From Adineta vaga (taxonomy: Eukaryota; Animalia; Rotifera): DNA of 64,000 nt. Each line of letters opens with the position of its first letter. Positions within the stretch are counted from its first letter, which is position 1. Positions 14,256 to 25,960 of the stretch are shown here, one piece after another. The notes under the pieces are model-generated. The model was given only the letters and a program-made list of their open reading frames with translations, was not told the DNA's origin and searched no databases. The stretch covers positions 7,936,001 to 8,000,000 of the forward strand of contig CP075496.1 in assembly GCA_021613535.1 (NCBI GenBank), written 5' to 3'. The position numbers were made by a program, and so were the translations under genes.

Positions 14256-14961
14256 TTATTGATCATCACTAGTTATTTTATTTAAATGATTCACAATATC
14301 TTCACGAAGACTTGGCCCTATAGCATCACAAAATTCTTTGAATGATATACGTTGATCACCATCTTTATCCGAATAAATGATTGTTTTATCAACAACTTGT
14401 TGTAATTGATCATCTAATAAATTATTTCCGACCATCATTTTTAAAACATGAAATAATTCAGCATTCGTTATATAACCATCTTTATCTAGAACGATAGTTT
14501 ACATTTCACTAATCAAAATGTTAATTTAGAACTATTTCTACTGAATTTTCTTACCAATATCATAGATATTAAAAGCAAATCGTAATTTATGTTGTGTATC
14601 ACCTTTCGAAGCGAAACTATTCATACCTAATATTAAAAGAGGAAATACATTTTTTTTCAGAGAACAAATAACTTCAATCCATGAACAAACCACGTATAAA
14701 TTCAGTGAAATCCACCTGTAAATAGATTCATATCAATATTTATGAGAATAAATTCTATTTAATTATCGAAAAAACCTCGCCATTGCCATCACTATCAAAT
14801 ATATCAATGACTCGTTCAACTAATGGATTCGATGTTAATTCAGGTATTTGCATAAATTCTTTCGCTGATAATGCTCCACTATTATCTTCATCAAGTTTAC
14901 CGAATTTTTGTAACATCTTTCGAATATCTGTTGAATCAATCTGACTAATATCTTGTCCCAT
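14256..14961 (-). CDS. Calcineurin B regulatory subunit-like EF-hand protein, 4 exons
   Basis: MG myristoylation start; [64 protein letters not shown]; four EF-hand loops; ~25-nt micro-exon at about 14692-14716. Confidence 0.9.
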
Positions 14962-15432
14962 CTTCTATTTACAAACACAAATACATACATTCAATTAGTG
15001 CGCCAATAATCATGTTTTATTCATTTACAAAAAGTCATAACCACGATTCATGACTAAAAAATCTGATGAAAAAGAAAGATGCTGACAGATATTTCATATG
15101 TTTATGTTTTTCTTCTATTCGGATCAAAACTTGCTTAAGAACGTTGAGAAAAAAAAGAAAAAATGGTTTTTATCTAGTTGTTTCTCTTTCTGCTGTTTTT
15201 AATATTTGCACATCAACGGTGCATACGTTTGTCTGAACCAATAGTCAGATTCACGTGGAGACATGACATTTTTTTTCTAAGGCTTTTTCTTTTCCTTTTT
15301 TTTATTTTTATTCTAAAGGTAGAAAGAAAGGAATAAGCATCGGAGCATTACTTTTTTTCTTTCTCACATTTAGCTCGGTTTTTTTTTAACAAATCATTTA
15401 CTTACGACGTTGAACAAGAATAACAGAATATT

Positions 15433-16950
15433 ATGAAGGTTGTTATTATTGGTGGAGGACCATGTGGATTGGGAGCTGCCTGGCGAGCTGAAGAGATCCG
15501 ACGTCAAGGTTAGAGCGTATATTTTTATGAATAAAAGAATTTAAAAAATCCTTTTCTTTCGCTTTTTCAAGGTAATACTAAGATTGATTGGACTTTAGTA
15601 GAAGTTTCATCAGATGCTGGTGGTTTAGCACGAACTGTTGTTGATGAACAAGGTTTCTTATGGGATATGGGTGGTCATGTTATATTTTCACATTATGCAT
15701 ATTTTACACGTTTACTTGATTATCTATTACCAAATCCTGGTGATTGGAATTCAAAAATTCGTGAAGCATGGGTATGGATGCGTGGAACATTTATTCCATA
15801 TCCATTACAACAAAATCTTCATCGTTTACCGAAACATGAAATCGTTGCTTGTATTGATGGTCTATTAGAAAATGAACGTCGTCGTTCATCCTTTACTAAA
15901 CCAGCAACGTTTGCTGATTGGATGGAACAATCTTTTGGCCGTGGTTTATGTGATACATTTATGCGTCCATATAATTTTAAAGTTTGGGCATATTCAGCAG
16001 ATAAAATGAATGTCGAATGGATGGGTGAACGTGTCGCAACAGTTAATCTTTCACGTGTTATAAATAATGTTATTCTACAACAAGATGAACTTGGTTGGGG
16101 ACCAAATAATACATTTCGTTTTCCGATGAAAGGTGGAACAGGTGCAATATGGCGTCGTTTAGCTGAAGTTTTACCACAAGAAAAATTTCAATTCAGTAAA
16201 AAAGTTGTCAAAATTGATGCCGTGCAAAAAGTGTTGACATATGAAGATGGTTCATCGGAATCTTACGATGCAATCGTCTCGACAATGCCTCTGAATTGTT
16301 TATGTCAAATTGTTGAAGGTACAACAAAAATTTCACGCTCTGAATTATTAGAAAAATCCAAACAATTTCGTTATTCATCAAGTCATATATTGGGTTTTGG
16401 TTTTGAAGGACAACCACCTGCACATTTATTAACTAAATGTTGGTTATATTTTCCTGAAGATGATTGTCCTTTTTATCGAGCAACTGTTTTTTCTAATTAT
16501 TCACCATATCATGTACCTAAACCAGGCGAACAATGGTCATTAATGTGTGAAGTTGCTGAATCATCGGAAAAACCGGTTGATCTTGCAAATATTATTGCGA
16601 TTGCTGAACAAGGTCTACGAAATACAAAATTAATCGATGATAATACGAAAATTCTTTCTCGTTTTCATATTCGATTAGAATATGGTTATCCAACACCATT
16701 CTTTGGTCGTGATCAACTTTGTGGTCCACTTTTTGATGAATTGGAATCGCATCAAATCTATTCACGTGGTCGATTTGGTTCATGGAAATATGAAGTATCG
16801 AATCAAGATCATTCAATGATGTTAGGCGTAGAAGTTATGGATCGCATTGTTTTTAATACCGAAGAGCTAACACACAAATATCCAGATATTGTTAATGCAA
16901 AACGTGACAATGTTGGCCGTGTACCTTTCATTCCAACTGAAGAAAAATGA
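15433..16950 (+). CDS. glf: UDP-galactopyranose mutase (eukaryotic GLF/UgmA type flavoenzyme), one intron at about 15509-15571
   Basis: VVIIGGGPCGLGAA FAD-binding motif, WDMGGHVIFSHY His-loop, WMGERVA, WGPNNTFRFP, CWLYFPEDDCPFYRATVFSNYSP, GYPTP, SRGRFGSWKYEVSNQDHS: the motif set of fungal, trypanosomatid and nematode UGMs. Confidence 0.9.
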
Positions 16951-17110
16951 TATTTAAAGGATAATTTAGGACATTTGTTATTATTCCACAATATATTAAT
17001 ACTTATCGAATACATTTATTTGCTCAGTATAATTTTATTTGAATGTTTTAAAAAAAGATTTTCATGTTTTAAAAAATCAATTTTCTCGCTAATCATTTGA
17101 TGAGTTAAAA

Positions 17111-18652
17111 TTAAATTTTTTGTAAAACTATTAGCATTGTTCCTAATTGAGCTTGTACAAGATTACGGATACGAATTGATGTATACGATAAATTCTGTTC
17201 AATATCATCTATCCATTGTTTAAGATGAGTTTCTAATTCAATTTGAGCATTTTCAAGTACTTGTCTATCTGCTGATGGTTGTTGCAGTTGAAGTGTAATC
17301 GCTCGATCTAACATACTCGTAATCAACATTTTATAAAATACTGAAATATACAATGCATCTACTCGACTAGCAACAGTAGCTGGTACAAGAGTCGAATTAT
17401 CATTGAGTACGGCTTGACGACGACTAGCAGCTGTAGTATTATAACTTTCTAATAACGAACGAGATGCACGATAGAATGATGAATCAATAGTCATAGCTGA
17501 TTTGATTTGTTCAAGTAAATGCATAAGAATAATATTACTTTGATTATCTTTATCAAGTCCTTGAAGAAGTACATCACGTCTTGTTACATTTGGAATAATT
17601 GTTTCGTTTGTTATACTAGCTGATTGAAAATATGGTAGTTCAGCCATGAGAAATACCGTTTTGTTGAAACCAATTTCATTAAGATAATCATAACTTGTCC
17701 CACCGCCTGACATCATTTTTGTTGGATCAATATGAGTATATTCTTCATAATAATCATATAATCTAGGTAAACTTAGTGGACTGTAGATAGCAGGGGCATA
17801 TTGAGTGACCCATGGTGCTTCAGCTTCTCCTTTTGCTAAGAATAAACCTAACGTGGATGGTAGATGTTCTAATTGAGGAAATATATCTGTTAAACATTGA
17901 CTTATATAATAATACATGCCACCAAAACCAGAATTATGTAAACCATAGACAAAATCTGGTTGAGTTAAACGAATTGCATGCATCAATGCCTGTGTTTCAT
18001 TTGAAGGTGTTGTCCAACTATAATTCTTATATGTAATTGGAAACGTCCATTCGACTTGTTCTTCTGCTCGTGGTCGATAAAAATATCGTGCATAATTTTG
18101 AATTGTAAATGGTCCATTAAACCATCCTTCATTGAGACGTGTACCATCAGGGTCAATGCATGGTATTAGATGCCATGTATATGTCTTAAGTAGTTCTGGA
18201 TAATTGAATAGATTATCAAGAAGAAAATCAATAAGAAGAGATCCAATTGGTTCATTAGGATGTGGACATGCATAGAGTAATAATGATTTACTTCCATTAC
18301 TTATAGTTAACATTGGAATTGCTTCACCATTTCGAGAATATCCAATGATTCGATATTGAACAAGATCGGTATGATTCAATGCAACGGAATGTGAATGATT
18401 AAGAAGTTTATTGACAGTAAAAAAATGTGAATAATCTGGAACACTATTCATTAAACTATCATAAATTGATGTAAATTCGATTGATTCTAAAGTAGTAATC
18501 TTTCATTTGATCTAAAAATACATTTCATATCTTACGTGTCATTATGGTACTTTGTATATATAATAGCATTCTAAAGAAAAATTGACAAACCGATTATAAA
18601 AACAAGAAGAATGATTTACTCAAACATACAAGAAACCTTTGTGTAACATCAT
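17111..18652 (-). CDS. Secreted M14 zinc carboxypeptidase, prokaryote-like, with two 5' mini-exons encoding a signal peptide
   Basis: HPNE (HxxE Zn ligands), IPCIDPDG..LNEGWF, LHNS third ligand, AELPY catalytic Glu; spliced N-terminus MMLHKGFL/MLLYIQSTIMTQ/SIEFTSIYDSLMNSVPDY. Confidence 0.8.
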
Positions 18653-18933
18653 AGGATTGAAATGAAAAGAGACGTTTGAATAATAACAACGCCAAAGAAA
18701 CACCTGATCAATTTAAATATCACTGAATAACTCAATAGTTTGATGCTTAATCCAAATTTTTATATTTATTTGACATTCTTATCTACCTATGATAGTCTTC
18801 TAAAATAGTATTTTCGTTTCTGCACACGACACATTCTTTTGATATATACGATAATGAATCATTCATACACATTATACTAGTTTGAAACAAGAATATAACA
18901 AATAACACCATTATTTCTACATTTAATTCACTT

Positions 18934-19932
18934 CTAAAGACTAGATTCATTATTCGTTTTGAAAACAAGACTATCCGATGTTTTATTTGAATCATTTTTT
19001 TGTCGATGATGATGGCGAAAACTTCTTAATTGTAGAGCTCGTTTCAATTGAGGAGAAACAACTAATAATGTGATACTGCATATGATCAAGCCAATTATAA
19101 TAATAAAACAGAGAAGTCGATAAGACAATGGATGCAAACGTTTTTGTATGGCCATTAATAACCAAAGTAAAACAGCAGCACCACTCGTATTTGAAAGAAC
19201 AATAACTAAAAGAAGCATTCGTTTAATCATTAAAAGATCTCGTTCCATTTGTTTCCATCGTTTTCTAGTTTGCCATGTATGTTTCATATACATAACAATT
19301 TTTAGATAAACTACAATAATACCGGATATAGGTATAGCTACAGATGTGATAGAAATATAGATTGACATCCATGTCTCACTAAAACGATTGAAACAATAAT
19401 TTTCTGTGGATAAATAAATAGCACGAAACCAAACGGGTATCGAAATTAGACTAATACATATCCAATGCATTATAACAAGTTGAAAATGAAATTTAAATGT
19501 ACGATAACGACTTTTATGTGGTGTCATTATTCGCCAGAAACGAAAAAGTGCTTGTAGAAAACAAGAACCATATATACCAGAGGCAAACATACTTACAAAA
19601 TAATTTAATAAACGACAATGCCATGATGGTAAATCTTCTTTCTTTTCAATATAATAAATATCACTATATAAAGTTCTACTAACCATAATTAGAGTAATAC
19701 ATGTTTCACCAATAATATGAATGTATGTATCAATAGAATAGAGAATACCAATTCGACGATTGATATTCTTTGAATTTGATCTTTGAAATTTATCACGAAA
19801 AATCAAACGAAATAAAACAATTGATATGAATAAAACATTAAGAAATGCTAAGATAATTGAAATACTTGTAAAAATAATTGCTGTCAATTTGAGATTTTCG
19901 CTTGATGAAATATTCAATGATAAATTATACAT
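18934..19932 (-). CDS. Intronless rhodopsin-like (class A) 7TM receptor, paralog 1
   Basis: Seven hydrophobic helices, Cys before TM3 and in ECL2 (ENYC), YGSCFLQALFRFWRI in place of the DRY motif, N-terminal sequons NLS and NIS. Confidence 0.8.
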   Translation of the reverse strand: MYNLSLNISSSENLKLTAIIFTSISIILAFLNVLFISIVLFRLIFRDKFQRSNSKNINRRIGILYSIDTYIHIIGETCITLIMVSRTLYSDIYYIEKKEDLPSWHCRLLNYFVSMFASGIYGSCFLQALFRFWRIMTPHKSRYRTFKFHFQLVIMHWICISLISIPVWFRAIYLSTENYCFNRFSETWMSIYISITSVAIPISGIIVVYLKIVMYMKHTWQTRKRWKQMERDLLMIKRMLLLVIVLSNTSGAAVLLWLLMAIQKRLHPLSYRLLCFIIIIGLIICSITLLVVSPQLKRALQLRSFRHHHRQKNDSNKTSDSLVFKTNNESSL

Positions 19933-21084
19933 TGATTAAGATTTTCAATCTGAAACAAAAGAATTTTGACAACAGATCTTTATTAATTATTTGTTTATTT
20001 TATCTTGAAATGAATATATTACGAAATAAAGTATTAAATACTTCTTTGAAGTGATAATACAATTCTGACTTCATGAATATGTATGTTATAAAAAATTCTA
20101 TGATGTTCTTACTTTATTTCAATGTACTAATAATGTTCCGTTACTTTTATCGTTTAATAATAAAGAAAAGTGTCCGTAGTACGAACAATTAGAATAAAGT
20201 ACTTACTTGCTTAATCACTTTTTCTGATAGAAATAAAAGTAAATGATATATTCATTTCTCGAGAAACGAAAGAGATTTTTCCTTTGTTAGAAACCTTCAC
20301 TAAGATTTTGTCAGTACATGTTCGCAAGAACTTAAATCATACGTTGTCACGAACTAATCTCTTTATAATTTTAGTATTGAAGGAATATCTAGAAGCATGT
20401 AGCATAAATTATTTAACTAATAATTCATATATCAGATTGACAAGAAAATTAATCTCACAAATACTATTATTATTATTTCTAGAAACATGCAATTAAGTTT
20501 ACTATCTATCATTGTTTCCCAGAAAAGGATTATTCCATCTAATTACATTCAAAGAAGATTAACACATATATAAATGAAGTTACAATGAAATTGTTTTTTT
20601 TTTATGAGAGGATGCTTTAGAAGAAAAGTAAAACATGGTAGATTATCGAGTAGTACGAAATATATTTATAGATATATGCAATACTTGAATTAAATTGATG
20701 GACTTGTTAATCATCTATTATCTCTTCAAGAACGAACGAAAACAGAAAGTCACGTTTCTTCAGCTGATTAATCGCACGTCAATCATCGCTTAGACATACT
20801 AGATTATTGTTTTGCTTCAGAATAAAACTACTTGACGCATGCAAATACAAGAAACACGATACATACTCAAAAGCAAGTTTCATAAATAATTCTTTCATAT
20901 TTCTAACTAATTCATTGGCCTACTTTTAAACAGTTTCTATTAAAAGTAAATATTTTCATAGTTTTCCTCTGTTTGTTGTATATAGAAAAGAATCGGATGT
21001 TAATGATGATATTCGAATTTTGTTGAGCAGGAAGAAAAAAAAACAAGAAAACAATATTTTCATTCAAGTCAGTTTGGAAATTCT

Positions 21085-22031
21085 TTAGAATGATGCCATT
21101 TCTTCATTATTGTTTGTAGGAATATTGTGCTTTGGTATTCGACACTTATTTTGATTTTTTTTATATTTGGATCGGATGGCTCGATTCAATTGGGGTGATC
21201 ATAGAATAAAGCAATACTACATAGAATCATGGATAATATGATTGTAAATCGAAGTAATCGATAAAAAAGTGAAAGAAAACGTTGATCAATCAATGTAACT
21301 ATCCAAAGTATAATGCCAGCACTACTCGTTTGAACAATAATGATTACTAAAAGAAAAATTCGTCGAACTAATAAAGCATCACGTTTAATAGATTTCAAAC
21401 GTTTTCGATTTTGCGAAAGATGTTTTATATAAAGAATAAGCTTCATATAAAGAATAAATAATCCAGTCACAGGTATAATAACTGTCATACATGCAATATA
21501 TATTGCTGGTAAGATTCTATCAAAAGGAATCAAACAAATATGATCAGATTCAATATAAACTGAATAATAAAAACTAGGTAATAATAGTAAAATAATTGTT
21601 ATCCAATGAAAAATGATTAATAGAATATGAAAATATAAATTCTGAAAAACTTTTCGCTTCGGTAACATTATTCTCCAGAAACGAAAGAGTGCTTGTAAAA
21701 AACATGAACCATAAATTCCAGATGCAAATAAAGGCATTAAATATGCTAAGAAATGACAATATTGTGGAACATGATTTTCCTTATATTTATTCTCATATAA
21801 ATCACGACGTAATGTTTGAATACACATTAGTAAAAGTGTGACTAATATTCCAATCAAATGTATATATGTATTAATAGAATGAAGAAGACCGACACGTCGA
21901 CCATTAGTTTTAGTTGAATATTTCGTAAATTTACCATAATTAAGAAAGAAAAGAATCAAAATGAAATTAAAAATAATACCTAGAATACTTAATATTACGG
22001 CAATAAGAATGAGACTAGTGCCAGATGACAT
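21085..22031 (-). pseudogene. Intronless class A 7TM receptor, paralog 2, with a 1-nt frameshift at the end of TM7 (pseudogene or assembly error)
   Basis: Shares RRVGLLHSINTYIH and FASGIYGSCFLQALFRFWRI with paralog 1. ORF stops at 21186, but another frame continues SPQLNRAI...TNNNEEMASF* (stop 21085-21087), matching paralog 1 SPQLKRAL...TNNESSL. Confidence 0.65.
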
Positions 22032-24904
22032 TGGTGTCTAATGAAAAATTCGAAAAGTTATTTAATTAAATCGATAAAAATGTTAAGTTTAACATCAATT
22101 GGAAATGTTTGGCATAAGAAAAACTATTTATACATGAAGATGTCTGGTTAGTATTAATATTTAATGATTAGTGGGAGAAAAAAATATGACAATAGCTCTC
22201 TATAGGAAGAACTTTTATTTTGATTCTAATTTTGTCAAGTTGGAATAAAGTGAAAATCGGATTATCATGGGTAGATTAATGAAAATTTACACGTTTCTTC
22301 TTATAGTTTTGTTTTCGAATGTAGATATTCAATATTTTCGTTATTGGTATTGCTACTGTTTCACTCTCAATCTATTAATATCAAAAGCTATTTGTACTGT
22401 TTGATTTTATATCTTAAACTTATTACACTAGTTTCAATTTATTGTAGATTTCATTAACGAGTTTTTCCTACCTTATAAACTTGATTGGACTATTGTTCTA
22501 ATGAGAATTTGAAGAATAATTAAATCAAGAACTCGTCAATATTTTAATGAACAAAATATAAACGACTATTAGAAAGAAAATTGCTTTTCTTCTCAAAATA
22601 CTATTTAGAAGTCAAAGATTTTCTTTTAACATTGATGGAGAAAAAAGAAAAATGTTTGCAACAAATGCACTAGTTTTTACGAGTTTTATAAAGAATTGAG
22701 AGGAAAAGATTGAATCAACTCAGAAATGCCGGATAAACTATGACAACTATACTTTCTACATGCTTTTTTATCATTCGAATGTTTCTCAATAGTTTCTGAC
22801 ATTTTCAGTAAAGGTGAAAAAAATGAACTAAGTAGAAAGATCAATGTTTTTCTAACCTCTGAATATTTGATTCAAATAAATCTACTATCTTACGGGTCAT
22901 AAAAGAATTCTTTATAAAACCTATGGCTATTTTTTATATTAAAATTCGAATATTGTTCTATTCATACTGTTTATCTTGTAAAATCTGCCATATTTTTGAA
23001 CAATGTTTAGGGGATAAGAGAGCACATGTGTTTATTGTAGACTCTACAGAACTTGAGAGTTAAACTGAGTTCTTTGATATTGTAAGAATCTAGATGTTTC
23101 AAAAACCTGTCATTGTGCCATGACATTTACGCACAATACTTATCATTAAAATAAAAAGTGAGTAGAAAAGTGAAAATACACACTTGTCTAATAGTTATTA
23201 CTCAAGTTTTAAACGTGTCATCCAGAATGTGTTGATTAATGTGAAATACTTGAGTATGTTGTTTATTCTTTGGATTGTGAAACAGGATCGTAGAGTTTAT
23301 GTAATCATCTGTGTATAATTGTATAAAATTAGAATAAAATGCTACATCACAAACATGAATCTTGGGAAACAATCTTTACCTGAATGAGCAACACAAAAGT
23401 GTCTTTTTCTAACCTATTTTCATACATAAATGCTGAAGATAGAATATGTAAAACGTCATTCAAATCTATTATTATATAAGAGTAGTTTCCATTTGATCCA
23501 TAACGTTACTTCAATCGATATTTCACATATGCATTCTATGATATGATTAGATGTTAATTCTTTCGATTATTCATATGTATATTTCAAAATCATTATTATT
23601 TATTATAAATAAATTTTCTACGACTAAATTAATCAAATAATTTCTATTAAAAATAGTGTTTTTTTTTAATATTTCCATATTTTTTTTCTAATATTTAAAG
23701 CATCTCGAATTTAATATACGCATTTAAGGTAAATGTCTATTTCATCGTAGATTGAGTACATTGTGAACAACTTTCTAGATACGAGAAAACAAATAGCACT
23801 TAGCTAAATACATTAACTATAGAATTTCTAAAAAATGTACTTTAACTGCAAAATCACACAATAAAAAGATCTTAGTTTACGGCAAGAATTCCCTTAGATC
23901 TATATGCTCCTTTTTTTTATTCAATTCTACTGGTAGTAGAAAAAATGGCATTTGTGCTAGATAAAAATAGATTCTATTCAGTGAAAAACGTTCGCAGACC
24001 TTTGCTTTTATTAGTAACACATGACAACTACATCTAACAGTAATGTATATTCGTAGATTATAATATTTGAATTGAACTTCATTTTCTTATCTTTATCATA
24101 CAGGTCGTACGATTAATCGTAGGTAAAGAAGATCAGAAAACAGAATTTGGCGACAGTATAGATCTTAACTTGCAGAAACTTGATGCTACTCAGGTCGATC
24201 AAAACGGTTACTGTATGGCTATGCACAGATTCAAAATGGACCGTATCGTTCGACTCGAATATAGAGGCAAAAATAAAAGAAAACTGTTGTCATGCAAACA
24301 AATAAAACCGATAAATACAAAAAATTATCTTATTCGAGGTCAGAAATAAATGATGAATTTGAAAATCCACTGACACGTTGTTTTAGATTCTTATTGAAAA
24401 CATCGAATCAATATTTCAAGATTCTCTTCAGCTTAAATGAAAGAAAAGGAATACAATAAGTACAAATAAGATTTAGGATGATTTTTTATACTGATATTGT
24501 TCTTGCTGGTGAAAAACTGTTTTTTGTTGATTTTCATTGATTATTATCAATAAAATCTCTTTATCAATAGTGAATTTAATGTTTGTTTTCATTTCTATTT
24601 GTTTTTCTTGCTATGGGAGTTGATGCATTGTCTCGAGCATACTAGTAGTATGATACTTTTTCGAATGTCCTGCGATTCGTACACTTTCTCGAATTGTAAA
24701 CAAAGTTAATCTAGCTGACTTTTTCAGACGTTATTTATGACGATAAAGAATAAAGATCCAGAAGAATATGTTATTTTAAATAATAGAAAATGAGAACGAT
24801 AATTTAGCTGTTCCATCAATAGGTTACAACAACATTAGTTGAATTTCGATAAACTATGCTTAATTTTCATCATCTAAAGACGATTTAGAGTTCTAAACAA
24901 TAAA

Positions 24905-25960
24905 TTATCCTTGTAATTTACCGATAAAATATTCAAAAGGATCAATTCCAAGTGCTCTTGCATATCTGCATAGAAATAGTTATAATAGAAAAGAATTAAA
25001 CTTGAATTGACTTACTCTTCACCATAATGAACAAATAACTAAGTAAATAAGAACTATATATAAGAATGTTCTATATTAATTTGTTCTTACTTCTTCACCT
25101 GCTTTAATATCACGGATTGTTCGATAATAAATTTCACCATTAAATTGAATGGCTGTGAGATTTTCTTGATTTTGTCTCAACGAACAATTAACATATCTAT
25201 AAAATTCTTATGCATTGATGAATAGCGAATTAAATACCTTTTTTTTAATACCTCAACCAGTTACTTCTATGTGGATTGCTTGCATCTATATAGTTATAAA
25301 TATTACCTTTAGCATCGTCGATAGCCCATGCCTATTGTAAACGAAACATATCAACTTTATTAATCAATCCTTTTTTTAATTATCTAACGTACATAACCAG
25401 ATTGATTTGCACGTTCTGCTGATCGATGACGATCACCAGTATATGGTCCGAGAAACGTATTTTTAGAAAAAAATTTTCTAGCAAATGCACCTAATCCAGC
25501 ACTTGAAATGATTGATTTGGCAATTTCAATTCCATTTGGTACGGTATCTTTTGCATGATCAGCCTGTTTTAGAAATGAACAGAAATTGATTCAGTAAGTA
25601 ATAAACTTACATATCGATTAGCTTCATACGTTTGACATCCTTGAGGACATAGACTAGTATTATACTTCTGACATGTATCACAATCTAATTTTATAGATAC
25701 TTATGAAAAAGTTAGAAGAAAGTGTACAAAAGTTTACAAAGATAATTGTCCGATAATACACGTTTTCTCGGTCGAATATGTCGTTCACCAAACTTAGATT
25801 CATACGATATGGGAGAAGAATTTATTATTTGCTTTTTTCTTTGATGTTTAGATTCTAATCATTACGAATACAAACACAGGTTGAAATCTCCATGAGATAA
25901 TCTTGATACAAAGAAAAGAAGATTACTTGATTTTTCTGATTTAATCATTTTCAAAACCAT
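24905..25960 (-). CDS. PRDM7/PRDM9-like PR-SET histone methyltransferase with zinc knuckle and no C2H2 array, about 8 exons (start exon tentative)
   Basis: Spliced by eye: ...HIRPRKRVLSDNYLYCDTCQKYNTSLCPQGC...AKDTVPNGIEIAKSIISSAGLGAFA...FLGPYTG...SGYAWAI...YIDASNPHRSNWLRYVNCSLRQNQENLTAIQFNGEIYYRTIRDIKAGEE-LFVHYGEEYARALGI. Not in the ORF track because the exons are short. Confidence 0.82.

Noticed and set aside
15433-18652. Bacterial contamination or chimeric assembly as the source of UGM and the M14 peptidase
   Set aside because: Both carry spliceosomal introns, have host-like AT-rich composition and are contiguous with animal genes; read-level confirmation is still advisable.
22400-23600. 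Short open stretches that might be a decayed gene or transposon
   Set aside because: Multiple stops, and no recognisable domain, terminal repeats or target-site duplication.
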